From assembly GCA_964016885.1 (NCBI GenBank), contig OZ024766.1:2480001-2544000 (forward strand): a DNA stretch of 64,000 bases, read 5' to 3'. Positions 1 to 12,719 of this stretch are shown piece by piece. Origin of the DNA: Eledone cirrhosa (taxonomy: Eukaryota). A model generated the notes under the pieces. That model had not been told where the DNA came from, did no database searches, and was given only the letters and a program-made list of their open reading frames with translations. Within the stretch, counting starts at the first letter, position 1, and each line of letters opens with the position of its first letter. Position numbers and translations under genes: made by a program.

Positions 1-652
1 TACTTTGCAGTATTTGTTTCAGCTCTCTACTCTCTCAGTTCAAATCTCACCTAGGTCAACTTCTCCTTTGAGGTCAATAAACAAAGGTACCAGTCTAATA
101 CTGGTGTCGACTCTTCCTCTTTATCTCTTTCTCATTCACTCTCAATAATTCTCTGGAAGAAATCTGCTGTATTCAGACCTGGAGAGGAGATGGGTCCTGG
201 CAGGTTATATAATACCCTAGAAATAACCTATGTCAATAGGTTGCTACTACGACTCCCTCAGGAGTTACAGGTCCATACTAGTAACATCAGAGATAAATTG
301 GAAGCCCATGCTTTACCCCAGGTGATGGAAGGACCCTCAATTACACACAGTACCAGGAAATGTTGCTGTTGGCAAACAAGAGGCTGAAATTTCTGGCAGA
401 GATTTAAAATGAATTCAAAAAGTCAAGAATAGATCAGAGAAAGATTTTAATTTCAAATGAAAATATATTTGTAAAAATGGCCAGCAATGTTTGGAGTCTA
501 TCAAACTGTCAAGTATTCACATTTGATATTGGTGGAAAATAAGTTTAGATTTGTAAGAGGAAGGATGTTTCATGTTTCACAGTTAAAAACTTTCCTTCCT
601 CTGTATGTTTGTGTCTAAGTAACTGTCAGAGAAAAAACATTTCCCACATATT

Positions 653-2068
653 TCAGAGTGTAAAACGTTTTTTACCAGTGTGTGTTATTTTGTGTTTAAT
701 ATATTCACCATTACTAGTGAAAGATTTCCCACATATTTCACAGTGATAGGGTTTCTCTCCAGTGTGCCTTCTTCTGTGAACTAGAAGAACAGCACTATCA
801 GCAAAAGTTTTCCCACATATTTCACAGTGGAAAGGTTTTTCTCCAGTGTGACTACGTATGTGCCGAACAAGATCAGTTTTCTCAGCAAAAGATTTCCCAC
901 ATATTTCACAGTGGAAAGATTTTTCTCCAGTGTGATTACGTATATGCCTAATAAAATTGGAATTCAGTGTGAAAGATTTCCCACAAAGTTTACAGTGATA
1001 GGGTTTTTCTCCAGTGTGTGTTCTTTTATGTACAGTTAAATAACTGCTAGAAGCAAAAGATCGCCCACATATTTCACAGTGGAATGAATTTTCTCCAGTG
1101 TGACTACGTATATGTCTAAGAAGATTAGATTTCACAGTGAAAGCTTTCCCACATATTTCACAATGAAAGGGTTTTTCTCCAGTGTGTGTTCTTTTGTGTA
1201 GAGTTAAATTTCTGTTAGAAGCAACAGATTTCCCACATATTTCACAATGATAGGGTTCCTCTCCAGTATGTGTTCTTTTATGTACAGTTAAATCATTTCT
1301 TTTCATAAATGTTTTCCCACATATTTCACAGTGATAGGGTTTCTCTCCAGTATGTCTTCTTTTATGAACTGTAAGTACAGCATTATCAGCAAAACATTTC
1401 CCACATATTTCACAGAAGAAAGGTTTTTCTCCGGTGTGAATACGTATATGCCTAACAAGATGAGCTTTCTCAGCAAAAGATTTCCCACATATTTCACAGT
1501 GGAAAGGTTTCTCTCCAGTGTGGGTACGTGTATGCTTAACAAGATTAGCTTTCTCAGCAAAAGATTTCCCACATATTTCACAGTGAAAACCTTTTTCTCC
1601 ACTGTGACTACGTATATGCCTAATAAAATTGGAATTCAGCGTGAAAGATATACTACATATTTCACAGTGGAAGGGCTTCTCTCCACTATGTGTCTTTTTG
1701 TGTCTATTCACGGCACTATTACGGGCAAAAGATTTCCCACAAATTTTACAATGATAGGGTTTTTCTCCAGTATGTGTTCTCGTATGTAAAGTTAAATTTA
1801 TGTTAGAAGCAAAAGATTTCCCACATATTTCACAGTGATAGGGTTTGTCTTTAATATGTATGTGTTTGTGTGTGGATAATTCATCTTCTGATGAGAAAGT
1901 TTTCTTACAAATCTCACAGCTATATTCACAAATATTTATGTGTAATGATCCCTGTTCAGTACATGTTTCACTAGGTAAAGGTTTCTCACCACTGTATGTT
2001 TGTGTAACTGTATCTATATTGGTAGAAACAGGTGTGGTAGAAATGTCCAACTGTTTAACGTCCTCCAT
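653..2068 (-). CDS. C2H2 zinc-finger protein (ZNF-1), about 471 aa, 15 fingers, intact
   Basis: ORF 653..2224(-). The ATG of the family leader MEDVK...[10 protein letters not shown] is at 2068, followed by 15 CxxC...HxxxH fingers with TGEKP linkers. A frameshifted finger relic follows the stop. Confidence 0.9.
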   Translation of the reverse strand: MEDVKQLDISTTPVSTNIDTVTQTYSGEKPLPSETCTEQGSLHINICEYSCEICKKTFSSEDELSTHKHIHIKDKPYHCEICGKSFASNINLTLHTRTHTGEKPYHCKICGKSFARNSAVNRHKKTHSGEKPFHCEICSISFTLNSNFIRHIRSHSGEKGFHCEICGKSFAEKANLVKHTRTHTGEKPFHCEICGKSFAEKAHLVRHIRIHTGEKPFFCEICGKCFADNAVLTVHKRRHTGEKPYHCEICGKTFMKRNDLTVHKRTHTGEEPYHCEICGKSVASNRNLTLHKRTHTGEKPFHCEICGKAFTVKSNLLRHIRSHTGENSFHCEICGRSFASSSYLTVHKRTHTGEKPYHCKLCGKSFTLNSNFIRHIRNHTGEKSFHCEICGKSFAEKTDLVRHIRSHTGEKPFHCEICGKTFADSAVLLVHRRRHTGEKPYHCEICGKSFTSNGEYIKHKITHTGKKRFTL

Positions 2069-4208
2069 AGTAATTCTTGAAGAATTATTGAAAGTTCGGA
2101 GTAGGTTTGGCTGTGAAAGACTGATGTCGGGGTCATAAAATGGTAATATGTGTTTGTGTTGTAATACATAAGGATTGTTTATAACGGAGTGTAGAAAAGT
2201 ACACAATATCTGCTGTGTTAACAATACAAATAATACGTACTTTATATTTCAAGTCCAAGTGTAAAGTCAAGAAAGACCAGGAAAGCTAATTGTTCAGATG
2301 TTGGTGATTTAAACCTATTTCTCACTGTCCTGTAAAATGTGGAACAACCAATTCACGATGTAGCGTAGTTTCTCATGAAATGAAATATTTAATCATGTAG
2401 GAGATGGAACACCTACCCTGGAACATGTAGCTCACTCTATGTTATCTACAGAATAGTAACTTTCACCTTAACATGAGATAATTGCTACATAAAATATAAT
2501 TAGATTAATTAAAGTTATAATTAAGATAGCTGGTACGTGGTGTCGTTGGTAATGCTTCACTCTCCTGAATAACACCGGTGTCATACGTTAAAAGTCCCTG
2601 GCATAAGTTGATACCTTCAGAAAGACATTCAATTATATCAATTCACTCCATCAATTGTATCCAACTCCTGGTAAAACAACATCCCCCAGTAAAATAATTA
2701 TTATGTATCAACGAGTCTCTTACCTTGTTATTTGCCCTGGTAGAACAGGCTGGCACATCTTTAAGTATACGTCTGCTCAATCATGCTAATATGGGATTTA
2801 ACGTGTGTAAATATATACATAAATCTAATTTGTAGGTATGTACATATGGCAGAAAATACGAATTTCCCTGTAAATTGAAAAACTTTGACAAACATCTTTA
2901 ATCGATTTTCGGACTTTATTGAACCCTCAACAGGAGACGTGTATATCATCCAACAAATTGAAGATTTGAGTAAGAGAAACCCTATAGTTCCTGTTGATTT
3001 ACTGACACGTGGAAGTGATTAATGATAAGAATGATATTTTAATGATTTATTTTTAGGATATAATTTACATAAATTCAGAAAGATATATTCTTTTAGTGTT
3101 GCAATATTAAAGAAAATGTATAGAGAGGTTGCCCAGTGCCCCTCGTTGCTGTCTTTTGCTCTGGTGTTGGCTCCGTTGTTCACCCCTTCCTTTCCATTTT
3201 CTTTAATATTGCAACATTAAAAGGAATATATCTTTCTGAATGAATCGCGAGCTATTTATAATGTTATCTAAGCATTAGTAATGTTATTTATGTATATATT
3301 TAAAACATATTTGTTATGTTATTCTACTGTAAATTTATTCATATGCTCTGTTAATATTTTCATTCTGAAAGAATTACAAACGATTTGTAATGTTGTTTAT
3401 GAAATAAATATGTATTAAAAGTTACATAAATGTTCAACATTTGACATACAGGACTAAATGTATGAGTAACTTTAGTGAAATAACTATTTTTAGGGATTCA
3501 TGAAGCAACTTTCAATCTCTGAGAAGGCCAGGACCAAAACCTTAAAGTATTATCAGAGGTAGTGTTAAGGAGTTCCAGCTGGATCTGGTCGAGGAGGAAC
3601 AAAAATGACCCTCATACCGTTTGAGGGTGCGTGTTTGTATTTTAGTGCACACTAAGTAACTCCAAGTGACTGAAATGTTGGCGGCGGTGTGGACGTTTTT
3701 GACGTCTCATCATTACCATGACTACCAACGTTATTTGTTCAAACTAAAAAAAACCGTTTAAATACAAGTTGAAAGCAGATGCAACGGAGAGGAGTTCCAG
3801 CTAGATCTTGCCAACAAATCTTAATATGGTTTAAATACACGCTAAGAAATTAAGGACCGAAACATTTGCTTGAGGTGGAGTTTCTTCTCTCAAGAAGCTG
3901 TCCAGCTATCATGAGAGTTTTTTACAACTAGTGTTCGAACCCAGAACTTCGTCATTGGAAAGATAACTTATTATTGTAGCAACAGGGCAGATAGGTAATA
4001 TACTGTGTATAAGTGTTCAAGAGTTACAGATGGAGATATAAATATATATACAAACAAACAACGTATTAAAACTGCCAAGGGAGACAACCCCTACATGTCT
4101 TAATTCAAGTCACAGATTAATCTGATTAGGCAGGCATATGTTTTAATATTAAAAGTTGTTCAAGATGTACCTATCTAATTTACACACACAAATATATATA
4201 TATTATTG

Positions 4209-4277
<69 letters not shown>

Positions 4278-4982
4278 TAAACGGCTGAGTGTGGTCTTCC
4301 CTTGTTTTACGACAGTAGAGGATTATTTGGCTGCTATTTCTACGTTGATACGTAAATAATTATTTTATAGGGTGATGTTGTTTGTTTTACCAGGGCCTGG
4401 ATACAATTGATGGAGAGAATTGATATAACTGAATGTATTAAATTATGTCCTGGACTTTTAACGTACGACACCGGTCACAACCCGGAAAGGGAAACATTGT
4501 CAACGACACCACGTACCTGCTATCTTAATTATAACTTTAATTAATCTAATTATATTTTATGGGGTAATTATCTCATGTTAAGGTGAAAGTTACTATTCTG
4601 TAGATAACATAGAGTGAGCTACATGTTCCAGGGTAGGTGTTCCATCTCCTACATGATTAAATATTTCATTTCATGAGAAACTACGCTACATCGTGAATTG
4701 GTTGCTCCACATGTTACAGGACAGTGAGAAATAGGTTTAAATCACCAACATCTGAACAATTAGCTTTCTTGACTTTACACTTGGACTTGAAATATAAAGT
4801 ACGTATTATTTGTATTGTTAACACAGCAGATATTGTGTACTTTTCTACACTCCGTGGTGAACAATCCTGATTTATTAAGACACACACACACACACACTCT
4901 CTCTCTTACACTTTCTTATACCAACATCAGTCTTACACAGTTATATATCTTCAGAACTTCGAAGAATTCTTCAAGAATTACA
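2069..4982. repeat. Inverted duplication of the ZNF upstream block (about 2069-2720 versus 4350-4982)
   Basis: For example gagtgagctacatgttccagggtaggtgttccatctcctacatgattaaatatttcatttcatgagaaactacgctacatcgtgaattgg at ~4612-4701 is the reverse complement of ~2348-2437. The same block precedes every ZNF copy. Confidence 0.85.
3074..3240. repeat. Hairpin, ~45-bp arms with ~75-bp loop
   Basis: ttcagaaagatatattcttttagtgttgcaatattaaagaaaatg ... cattttctttaatattgcaacattaaaaggaatatatctttctgaa. Confidence 0.7.
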
Positions 4983-6320
4983 ATGGAGGACGTTAAACAC
5001 TTGGACATTTCTACCACACCTGTTTCTACCAATATAGATACAGTTACACAGACATACAGTGGTGAGAAACCTTTACCTAGTGAAACATGTACTGAACAAG
5101 GGTCATTACACAGAAATATTCCTGAATATAGCTGTGAGATTTGTAGGAAAACTTTCTCATCAGAAGATGAATTATCTGCACACAAACACATACATATTAA
5201 AGACAAACCCTATCTTTGTGAAATATGTGGGAAATATTTTGCTTCTAACAATAATTTAACTGTACACAAAAGAACACATACTGGAGAGAGACCTTTCAGC
5301 TGCAAATCATGCGGAAAATCTTTTGACATGAGTAGTGACTTGACTAAACACAGAAGAACACACACTGGAGAGAAACCCTATCACTGTGAAATATGTGGTA
5401 AAGCGTTCACCTATAGTTCTTGCCTTTACATACACACACATAATCATACTGGAGAAAAACCTTTCCACTGTGAAATATGTGGGAAATCCTTTGTCAGAAA
5501 CAGTGAGTTGACTACGCATAAAAGAACACATACTGGAGAGAAACCCTTCCAATGTGAAATATGTGGGAAATCATTTAATTTGAATGGCAATCTTGTTAAA
5601 CACAAACGTAGTCACACTGGAGAGAAACCTTTCAAATGTGAAATATGTGGGAAAACTTTCTCTCTGAATTCCAATCTTGTAAGGCACATACATTGTCACA
5701 CGGGTGTAAAACCCTTTCACTGTGAAATATGTGGGAAATCTTTTGCTCTGAATCACAATCTTGTAAGGCACATACATAGTCACACTGGAGAGAAACCCTT
5801 TCACTGTGAAATATGTGGGAAATCTTTCACTGAAAATACTGGTCTTCTAGTTCATAAAGCAACACACACTGGAGAGAAACACTTCCACTGTGAAATATGT
5901 GGGAAAACCTTTATACAAAGCAGTGATTTGACTAAACACAAAAGAACACACACTGGAGAAAAGGATTATCATTGCGAAATATGTGGGAAATCTTTCTCTG
6001 AGAATTTTATTCTTTTTAGGCACCAACGTACTCACACTGGAGAAAAACCTTTCCACTGTGAAATATGCGGGAAATCTTTTACACAGAATTCTGGTCTCAT
6101 TGTCCACATACGTACTCACACTGGAGAAAAGCCCTTCCACTGTGAAATATGTGGAAAATCTTTTCTAAGCAGCAGCGATTTAACAGTACATAATAGAACA
6201 CACACTGGAGAGAAACCCTATCATTGTGAAATATGTGGGAAATCTTTTGTCTCTAAAGGTAACTTAAATAAACACTATAGCACACACACCAGAGGAAAAT
6301 ATTTCAACTGTGAAACATGA
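4983..6320 (+). CDS. C2H2 zinc-finger protein (ZNF-2), about 445 aa, 14 fingers, intact
   Basis: ORF 4815..6320. ATG at 4983 (MEDVK) follows the acceptor-like tatcttcag; 14 fingers with TGEKP linkers; divergent from ZNF-1. Confidence 0.9.
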   Translation: MEDVKHLDISTTPVSTNIDTVTQTYSGEKPLPSETCTEQGSLHRNIPEYSCEICRKTFSSEDELSAHKHIHIKDKPYLCEICGKYFASNNNLTVHKRTHTGERPFSCKSCGKSFDMSSDLTKHRRTHTGEKPYHCEICGKAFTYSSCLYIHTHNHTGEKPFHCEICGKSFVRNSELTTHKRTHTGEKPFQCEICGKSFNLNGNLVKHKRSHTGEKPFKCEICGKTFSLNSNLVRHIHCHTGVKPFHCEICGKSFALNHNLVRHIHSHTGEKPFHCEICGKSFTENTGLLVHKATHTGEKHFHCEICGKTFIQSSDLTKHKRTHTGEKDYHCEICGKSFSENFILFRHQRTHTGEKPFHCEICGKSFTQNSGLIVHIRTHTGEKPFHCEICGKSFLSSSDLTVHNRTHTGEKPYHCEICGKSFVSKGNLNKHYSTHTRGKYFNCET

Positions 6321-6815
6321 GACACCTTTTTCTTACAAATATAAACCTATTGTCCGCCAACATCATGTAGAAACCCTTAGTAGTTCCACAGATTCTAAAC
6401 ATTGTTTGTCATTTTTTAAATATATTTTTTGTTGGGATTAAATTCTTGTTCATATCTATCTATTCCTTGTCTTCTTGAAGTCATTTTTAATCCATGCAAG
6501 AGATTTCTGCTGCCTCATTCTTTTTCCAATACCAACATTCCCTGTTGTAGTGTGTTATTGAGGGACTTTCTATCAGCTGGGATACTGTTGTCTTGTCTCA
6601 GAAACCTTAGGGGTCAACAGTTAATCTTGGTACCTCGGTAGCAAGGGGGACAACCGTCAATGCATTTCAAACTTAACTAGTTCTCTTCAGGACGATCCCT
6701 GCCACTCTTGCAATTGCTGCATTCGTAGTATTACAGAAGACCCAACTCTCCCACGGTCACAGGCTAAAGCTGAAGCATATGTATAGTATGCAACACCCCA
6801 CCTACTCCCATACAT

Positions 6816-8704
6816 GTCCCACACTGTAAAGTGGTCATGTAGCTGTCACAACAAAAGACACCCAGTCTACACTGTAAAGTGGTCATGTAGCTGTCACAAC
6901 AAAAAGTACCCAGTCCACACTGTAAAGTGGTCATGTAGCTGTCACAACAAAAAGTACCCAGTCCACACTGTAAAGTGGTCATGTAGCTGTCACAACAAAA
7001 AGTACCCGGTCTACACTGTAAAGTAGTCATGTAGGTGTCACAACAAAAGACACCCAGTCCACACTGTAAAGTGGTCATGTAGGTGTCACAACAAAAAGTA
7101 CCCAGTCCACACTGTAAAGTGGTCATGTTGGTGTCACAACAAAAAGCACCCGGTCTACACTGTAAAGTGGTCATGTTGGTGTCACAACAAAAAGTACCCA
7201 GTCCACACTGTAAAGTGGTCATGTAACTGTCACAACAAAAAGTACCCAGTCCACACTGTAAAGTGGTCATGTAGGTGTCACAACAAAAAGTACCCAGTCC
7301 ACACTGTAAAGTGGTCATGTAACTGTCACAACAAAAAGCACCCGGTCTACACTGTAAAGTGGTCATGTAGCTGTCACAACAAAAGACACCCAGTCCACAC
7401 TGTAAAGTGGTCATGTAGGTGTCACAACAAAAAGTACCCAGTCTACACTGTAAAGTGGTCATGTAGGTGTCACAACAAAAAGCACCCAGTCCACACTGTA
7501 AAGTGGTCATGTAGGTGTCACAACAAAAAGCACCCAGTCCACACTGTAAAGTGGTCATGTAGCTGTCACAACAAAAAGTACCCAGTCCACACTGTAAAGT
7601 GGTCATGTAGGTGTCACAACAAAAGGTACCCAGTCCACACTGTAAAGTGGTCATGTAACTGTCACAACAAAAAGCACCCGGTCTACACTGTAAAGTGGTC
7701 ATGTTGGTGTCACAACAAAAAGTACCCAGTCCACACTGTAAAGTGGTCATGTAGGTGTCACAACAAAAAGTACCCAGTCCACACTGTAAAGTGGTCATGT
7801 AGGTGTCACAACAAAAGGTACCCAGTCCACACTGTAAAGTGGTCATGTAACTGTCACAACAAAAAGCACCCGGTCTACACTGTAAAGTGGTCATGTTGGT
7901 GTCACAACAAAAGACACCCGGTCTACACTGTAAAGTGGTCATGTTGGTGTCACAACAAAAAGTACCCAGTCTACACTGTAAAGTGGTCATGTAGGTGTCA
8001 CAACAAAAAGTACCCAGTCCACACTGTAAAGTGGTCATGTAGCTGTCACAACAAAAAGCACCCGGTCTACACTGTAAAGTGGTCATGTTGGTGTCACAAC
8101 AAAAAGTACCCAGTCCACACTGTAAAGTGGTCATGTAGCTGTCACAACAAAAAGTACCCAGTCCACACTGTAAAGTGGTCATGTAGCTGTCACAACAAAA
8201 AGCACCCGGTCTACACTGTAAAGTGGTCATGTTGGTGTCACAACAAAAAGTACCCAGTCCACACTGTAAAGTGGTCATGTAGCTGTCACAACAAAAAGTA
8301 CCCAGTCCACACTGTAAAGTGGTCATGTAGGTGTCACAACAAAAAGTACCCAGTCCACACTGTAAAGTAGTCATGTTGGTGTCACAACAAAAAGTACCCG
8401 GTCTACACTGTAAAGTGGTCATGTAGGTGTCACAACAAAAAGTACCCAGTCTACACTGTAAAGTGGTCATGTTGGTGTCACAACAAAAAGTACCCAGTAC
8501 ACACTGTAAAGTGGTCATGTAGGTGTCACAACAAAAAGTACCCAGTACACACTGTAAAGTGGTCATGTTGGTGTCACAACAAAAAGTACCCAGTCCACAC
8601 TGTAAAGTGGTCATGTAGGTGTCACAACAAAAAGTACCCAGTCTACACTGTAAAGTGGTCATGTTGGTGTCACAACAAAAAGTACCCAGTCCACACTGTA
8701 AAGT
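6816..8704. repeat. 48-bp minisatellite, ~39 copies (SINE-tail related)
   Basis: Unit gtccacactgtaaagtggtcatgtaggtgtcacaacaaaaagtaccca; explains the 16-aa repeat in ORF 6764..9799. Confidence 0.95.
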
Positions 8705-9770
8705 GACTACCACCGTCACTATTACTACCACCACTACCACCATCACCACTACTACCACTATCTCTACTACCACTACCACCAACAACAACACTACCACCAC
8801 CACCATCTCTACTACCACTACCACCATCACTTCCACTACTACCACCACCACCGCCACTATCTCTACTACCACTACCACCACCACCACTGCCATCTCTACT
8901 ACTACCACCACCATCACTACCACCACCATCTCTACTACCACTACCACCACCACCACCACCATCTCTACTACCACCACCACCATCTCCACTACCACCATCA
9001 CCATCACCACCACTACCACCATCTCTACTACTACTACTACCACCACCACCACCACTACCACCACCACCATCACCACAATTACCACCACCGCCACCATCAC
9101 CACTATCTCTACTACCACTACCACCACCACCACTACCATCTCTACTACCACCACCACCACCATCACTACCACCACCACAACTACCACCACCACCATCTCT
9201 ACTACTACCACCTCCACCACCACCACAACTACCACCATCTCTACTACCACTACCACCACCACCACCATCTCTACTACCACCACCACCATCTCTACTACCA
9301 CTACCACCATCACCACAACTATCTCTACTACCACCACCACCACCATCTCTACTACCACTACCACCACCACCACCATCTCTACTACCACCACCACCATCTC
9401 TACTACCACCACCACCATCTCTACTACCACTACCACCATCACCACAACTATCTCTACTACCACCACCACCATCTCTACTACCACCACCACCACCATCTCT
9501 ACTACCACCACCATCTCTACTACTACTACCACCACTACCACCACCACCATCTCTACTACTACTACCACCACTACCACCACTACCACCACAACCATCTCTA
9601 CTACCACCACCACCATCTCTACTACTACTACCACCACTACCACCACCACCATCTCTACTACCACCACCATCTCTACTACTACTACCACCACTACCACCAC
9701 AACCATCTCTACTACCACCACCACCATCTCTACTACCACCACCACAACTATCTCTACTACCACTACCACA
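8705..9770. repeat. Imperfect (ACC/ACT)n trinucleotide-based repeat
   Basis: Continuous cac/tac triplets with recurring atctct; gives poly-T, poly-V and poly-G pseudo-ORFs. Confidence 0.95.
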
Positions 9771-9775
9771 CCCAC

Positions 9776-9838
9776 TATATAAATAGTCAATTTCATCATT
9801 AGCCCGAGTTACAGTCAATTGGATAAGTTTGGGTAAGT
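9776..9838 (+). promoter_or_regulatory. Candidate TATA promoter with a very short first non-coding exon (possibly of the kinase gene)
   Basis: TATATAAA at 9776-9783 and a strong donor GG|GTAAGT at 9832/9833, in a unique island between repeats. The next clear acceptor exon is 17781. No transcript evidence. Confidence 0.3.
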
Positions 9839-10098
9839 TGTCAGTTTAAAACTTTATTTATTAATTACACGGTGTGTATATAATGTATATATATATTATA
9901 TATATATATAATATATATATATATAATATATACACATTGTCTATATATAATGTTTTTATTGGATCGCTAAATTACGGATATAAACACACAAATATATATA
10001 TACTATTATACATACATACACACATATATATCTTTGTTTACTACTGATTATAAACATGCAAATGCTTCATATATACATATATATATACATATATATAC

Positions 10099-10142
<44 letters not shown>

Positions 10143-10144
10143 GT

Positions 10145-10186
<42 letters not shown>

Positions 10187-10286
10187 AGTTTCAGAAGATC
10201 CCGTTAAGGGTGAAAGCAGCGATTCTTTGATTAAACTTTAATCTGTTATTTTAATAAATAAATATATATATATATATATATATATA

Positions 10287-10476
10287 ACGGAGTTGTGGTA
10301 AGGAACCAAATGGACCATAACGCACCAAAGTACTCAATACTTAGGGTAGTAGAGTGGGGGAAAAGGAAAAAAGTATGACCCCGGCGGCAGAGCTCAAGCC
10401 GTTTCGACGGCTATTTCAGTCCAGAAATAGCCGCCGAAACGGCTTGAGCTCTGCCGTCGGGGTCATACTTTTTCCT
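10287..10476 (-). mobile_element. Palindrome-plus-tail element, family A (copy 1), in (TA)n
   Basis: Arms 10364-10417 and 10424-10476 (loop agtcca); tail 10287-10360 is the reverse complement of the tails of the 11368 and 15452 copies; TA repeats on both sides. Confidence 0.8.
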
Positions 10477-10674
10477 ATATATATATATATATCCAGGGGC
10501 ATCGTTTGCCTTATGTGAGGGGGGACAAACCAACATTTGTTGGTCCTTAAAGGAGCAGGTTAGCATTACATATGGTGTCTTTTCCAGACCCTGTCACATA
10601 AGGAAACTTTTACACTAATCAAATTTTATAAATTCCAACGAAGTTCAGAGATATATATATATATATATATATGT

Positions 10675-10716
<42 letters not shown>

Positions 10717-10769
10717 TGATTTAAAACTGCACTATCCAAGTGTTTTTTAGCCTTCATATCATGTTCTCC

Positions 10770-10840
10770 TGTTTTATCTGATGAAAACACAAATATTATT
10801 GCTTGATGATGATTGTTTTTGAAATGCGCATAATAAAATA
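10770..10840 (+). ncRNA. Type I hammerhead ribozyme motif (family F)
   Basis: Stem I tgttttat/ataaaata; CUGAUGA at 10778-10784; long stem II; GAAA at 10821-10824; palindromic UGCGCA; predicted cleavage after AUA at 10832. Confidence 0.7.
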
Positions 10841-10870
10841 TATGGAACTCCTTTAACCATCTTTTGATCT

Positions 10871-10913
<43 letters not shown>

Positions 10914-10931
10914 TGTATAATATGTAATTAA

Positions 10932-10964
<33 letters not shown>

Positions 10965-11235
10965 ACTGCGTTATACACACACATATATATATATATACAC
11001 ACACACACAGGAGCCTTGTTACAGCGGTGTACCAGGACACAAGTCACCCTCCCTTTTGCAGGAACAGGGGGGGGGGGGGACAAACCATCTTTTGTTTGAC
11101 ATAAATTCTTTTGAAACTTATTTTTATATATATATATACACACATATGTGTATGTATGTATGTATGTATATGTATGTGTGTGTGTGTGTGTGTGACGAAA
11201 CTTAAGTCAATTGCATGAACTCATCCTTTATTTAC

Positions 11236-11287
11236 TGCTATATATATTTCGATGATAGCCATTGATTGGCTATGACCTCATCAGGCA
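11236..11287 (-). ncRNA. Type I hammerhead ribozyme motif
   Basis: Minus strand reads ugc CUGAUGA ggucauagcca-aucaa-uggcuaucauc GAAA uauaua UA^ gca. Stem I is short (3 bp). Confidence 0.6.
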
Positions 11288-11367
11288 CTTAGTCAGTTCT
11301 TAGATATGCCAGCTCTGTCTTTATGGTGTTGATGATATCAGAGCCTTGACACCCACACACCACACAC

Positions 11368-11555
11368 AGGAACGAGTAGGACCCCGACGGCTGAGCTCAA
11401 GCCGTTTCGACGGCTAATTCAGTCCAGAATTAGCCGTCGAAACGGCTTGAGCAGCCGTCGGGGTCCTACTCGTTCCTATTACCCACTCTACTACCCTAAG
11501 TATTGAGTACTTTGGTGCGTTATGGTCCACCTGGTTCCTTACCACATTTCCTTCG

Positions 11556-11556
<1 letters not shown>
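11368..11556 (+). mobile_element. Palindrome-plus-tail element, family A (copy 2)
   Basis: Arms 11368-11420 and 11427-11477, then tail attacccactctactaccctaagtattgagtac...ccttcgt ending in (TA)n. Confidence 0.8.
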
Positions 11557-11630
<74 letters not shown>

Positions 11631-12109
11631 AATCCAATTTAAGAATATATATATTTAAGAATCCAATTCAATAAATAGACCAGGATTTTTTTTCATTCTG
11701 ATGATTGAAAGCAACATTTTTTGCTTTTAAGAAACCACTGGTAAATGGAATAATTGCCTTATGTTGTTTATTACATAACTATATATATATATATATATAT
11801 ATATACTAAATGTGAAGACTAAAATCCAAAGAGGGTTCGATAAGGATAAATATATAAGAACTGTAGAGCAAATATTTATTAAAATAACTTCAATAAATAC
11901 TCACACACACAATGAATTATTATAAGACATCCAAACTTCGGGAACTCCGTCACCTCGGGCCACTAAACTCTATTCCTTGCTTTAATTAGTTATACTCCCC
12001 CGCCTACCTAAATTACTTTCTCAATTAATTATTTTAAATGAAATTTGGCTCCAATTTATTTTCACGTGTAGAATTAAACCATGTGGATAATTTCCCATTT
12101 CAAAACTGA

Positions 12110-12365
12110 GATAAACCTCCGGTAATTTCCGTATAAACCTCTGGTAATTTCCGTATAGACCTTCGGTATTCTCCGTATAGACCTTCGGTATTCTCCGTAT
12201 AGACCTCCGGTATTCTCCGTATAAACCTCCGGTATTCTCCGTATAAACCTCCGGTATTCTCCGTATAAATCTCCGGTATTCTCCGTCGGTAATGTCCGTG
12301 CAAATCTCCGGTATTTTCCGTATAAACATCCTGTAATCTCCGTGTAAACCTCCGGCAATCTCCGT
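12110..12365. repeat. 22-bp minisatellite
   Basis: Unit ccgtataaacctccggtattct, ~11 copies. Confidence 0.85.
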
Positions 12366-12719
12366 AATGTGTATGTATGTCAGTTTAGATAAAACAGCAG
12401 TTCAGCTCCCATCACATTTAACTCTTTATCGTAATTTTCTCAATGTGTGTGTGTGTATATATATATATATGTGTATATATGTGTGTGTATGTGTGCGTGT
12501 GTGTATGTGTGCGTGTGTGTGTGTATATATATATATGTGTATATGTGTGCTTTCACCAGATAAAATATAATACAGATTAGTTTTATAAATATGTATGTGT
12601 GTGTATGTGTATATATATGTATGTGTGTATTTGTGTGTAAGTATGTATATATGTGTATTTGTGTGCGCATATGTATATATGTATGTGTATATATATGAAT
12701 ATGAGGGTATATATATGAA

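Noticed and set aside
6764-9818. 1011-aa Cys-rich/Val-rich ORF and overlapping poly-Thr (mucin-like) and poly-Gly ORFs
   Set aside because: They are translations of a 48-bp minisatellite and a triplet repeat; related arrays elsewhere have 46-47-bp units that break frame.
10418-10460. Hammerhead in family A, and in cagaagatcccgttaagggtgaaagc at ~10190
   Set aside because: The core reads CAGAAA or CAGAAGA instead of CUGANGA, and I could not form a convincing stem I or III.
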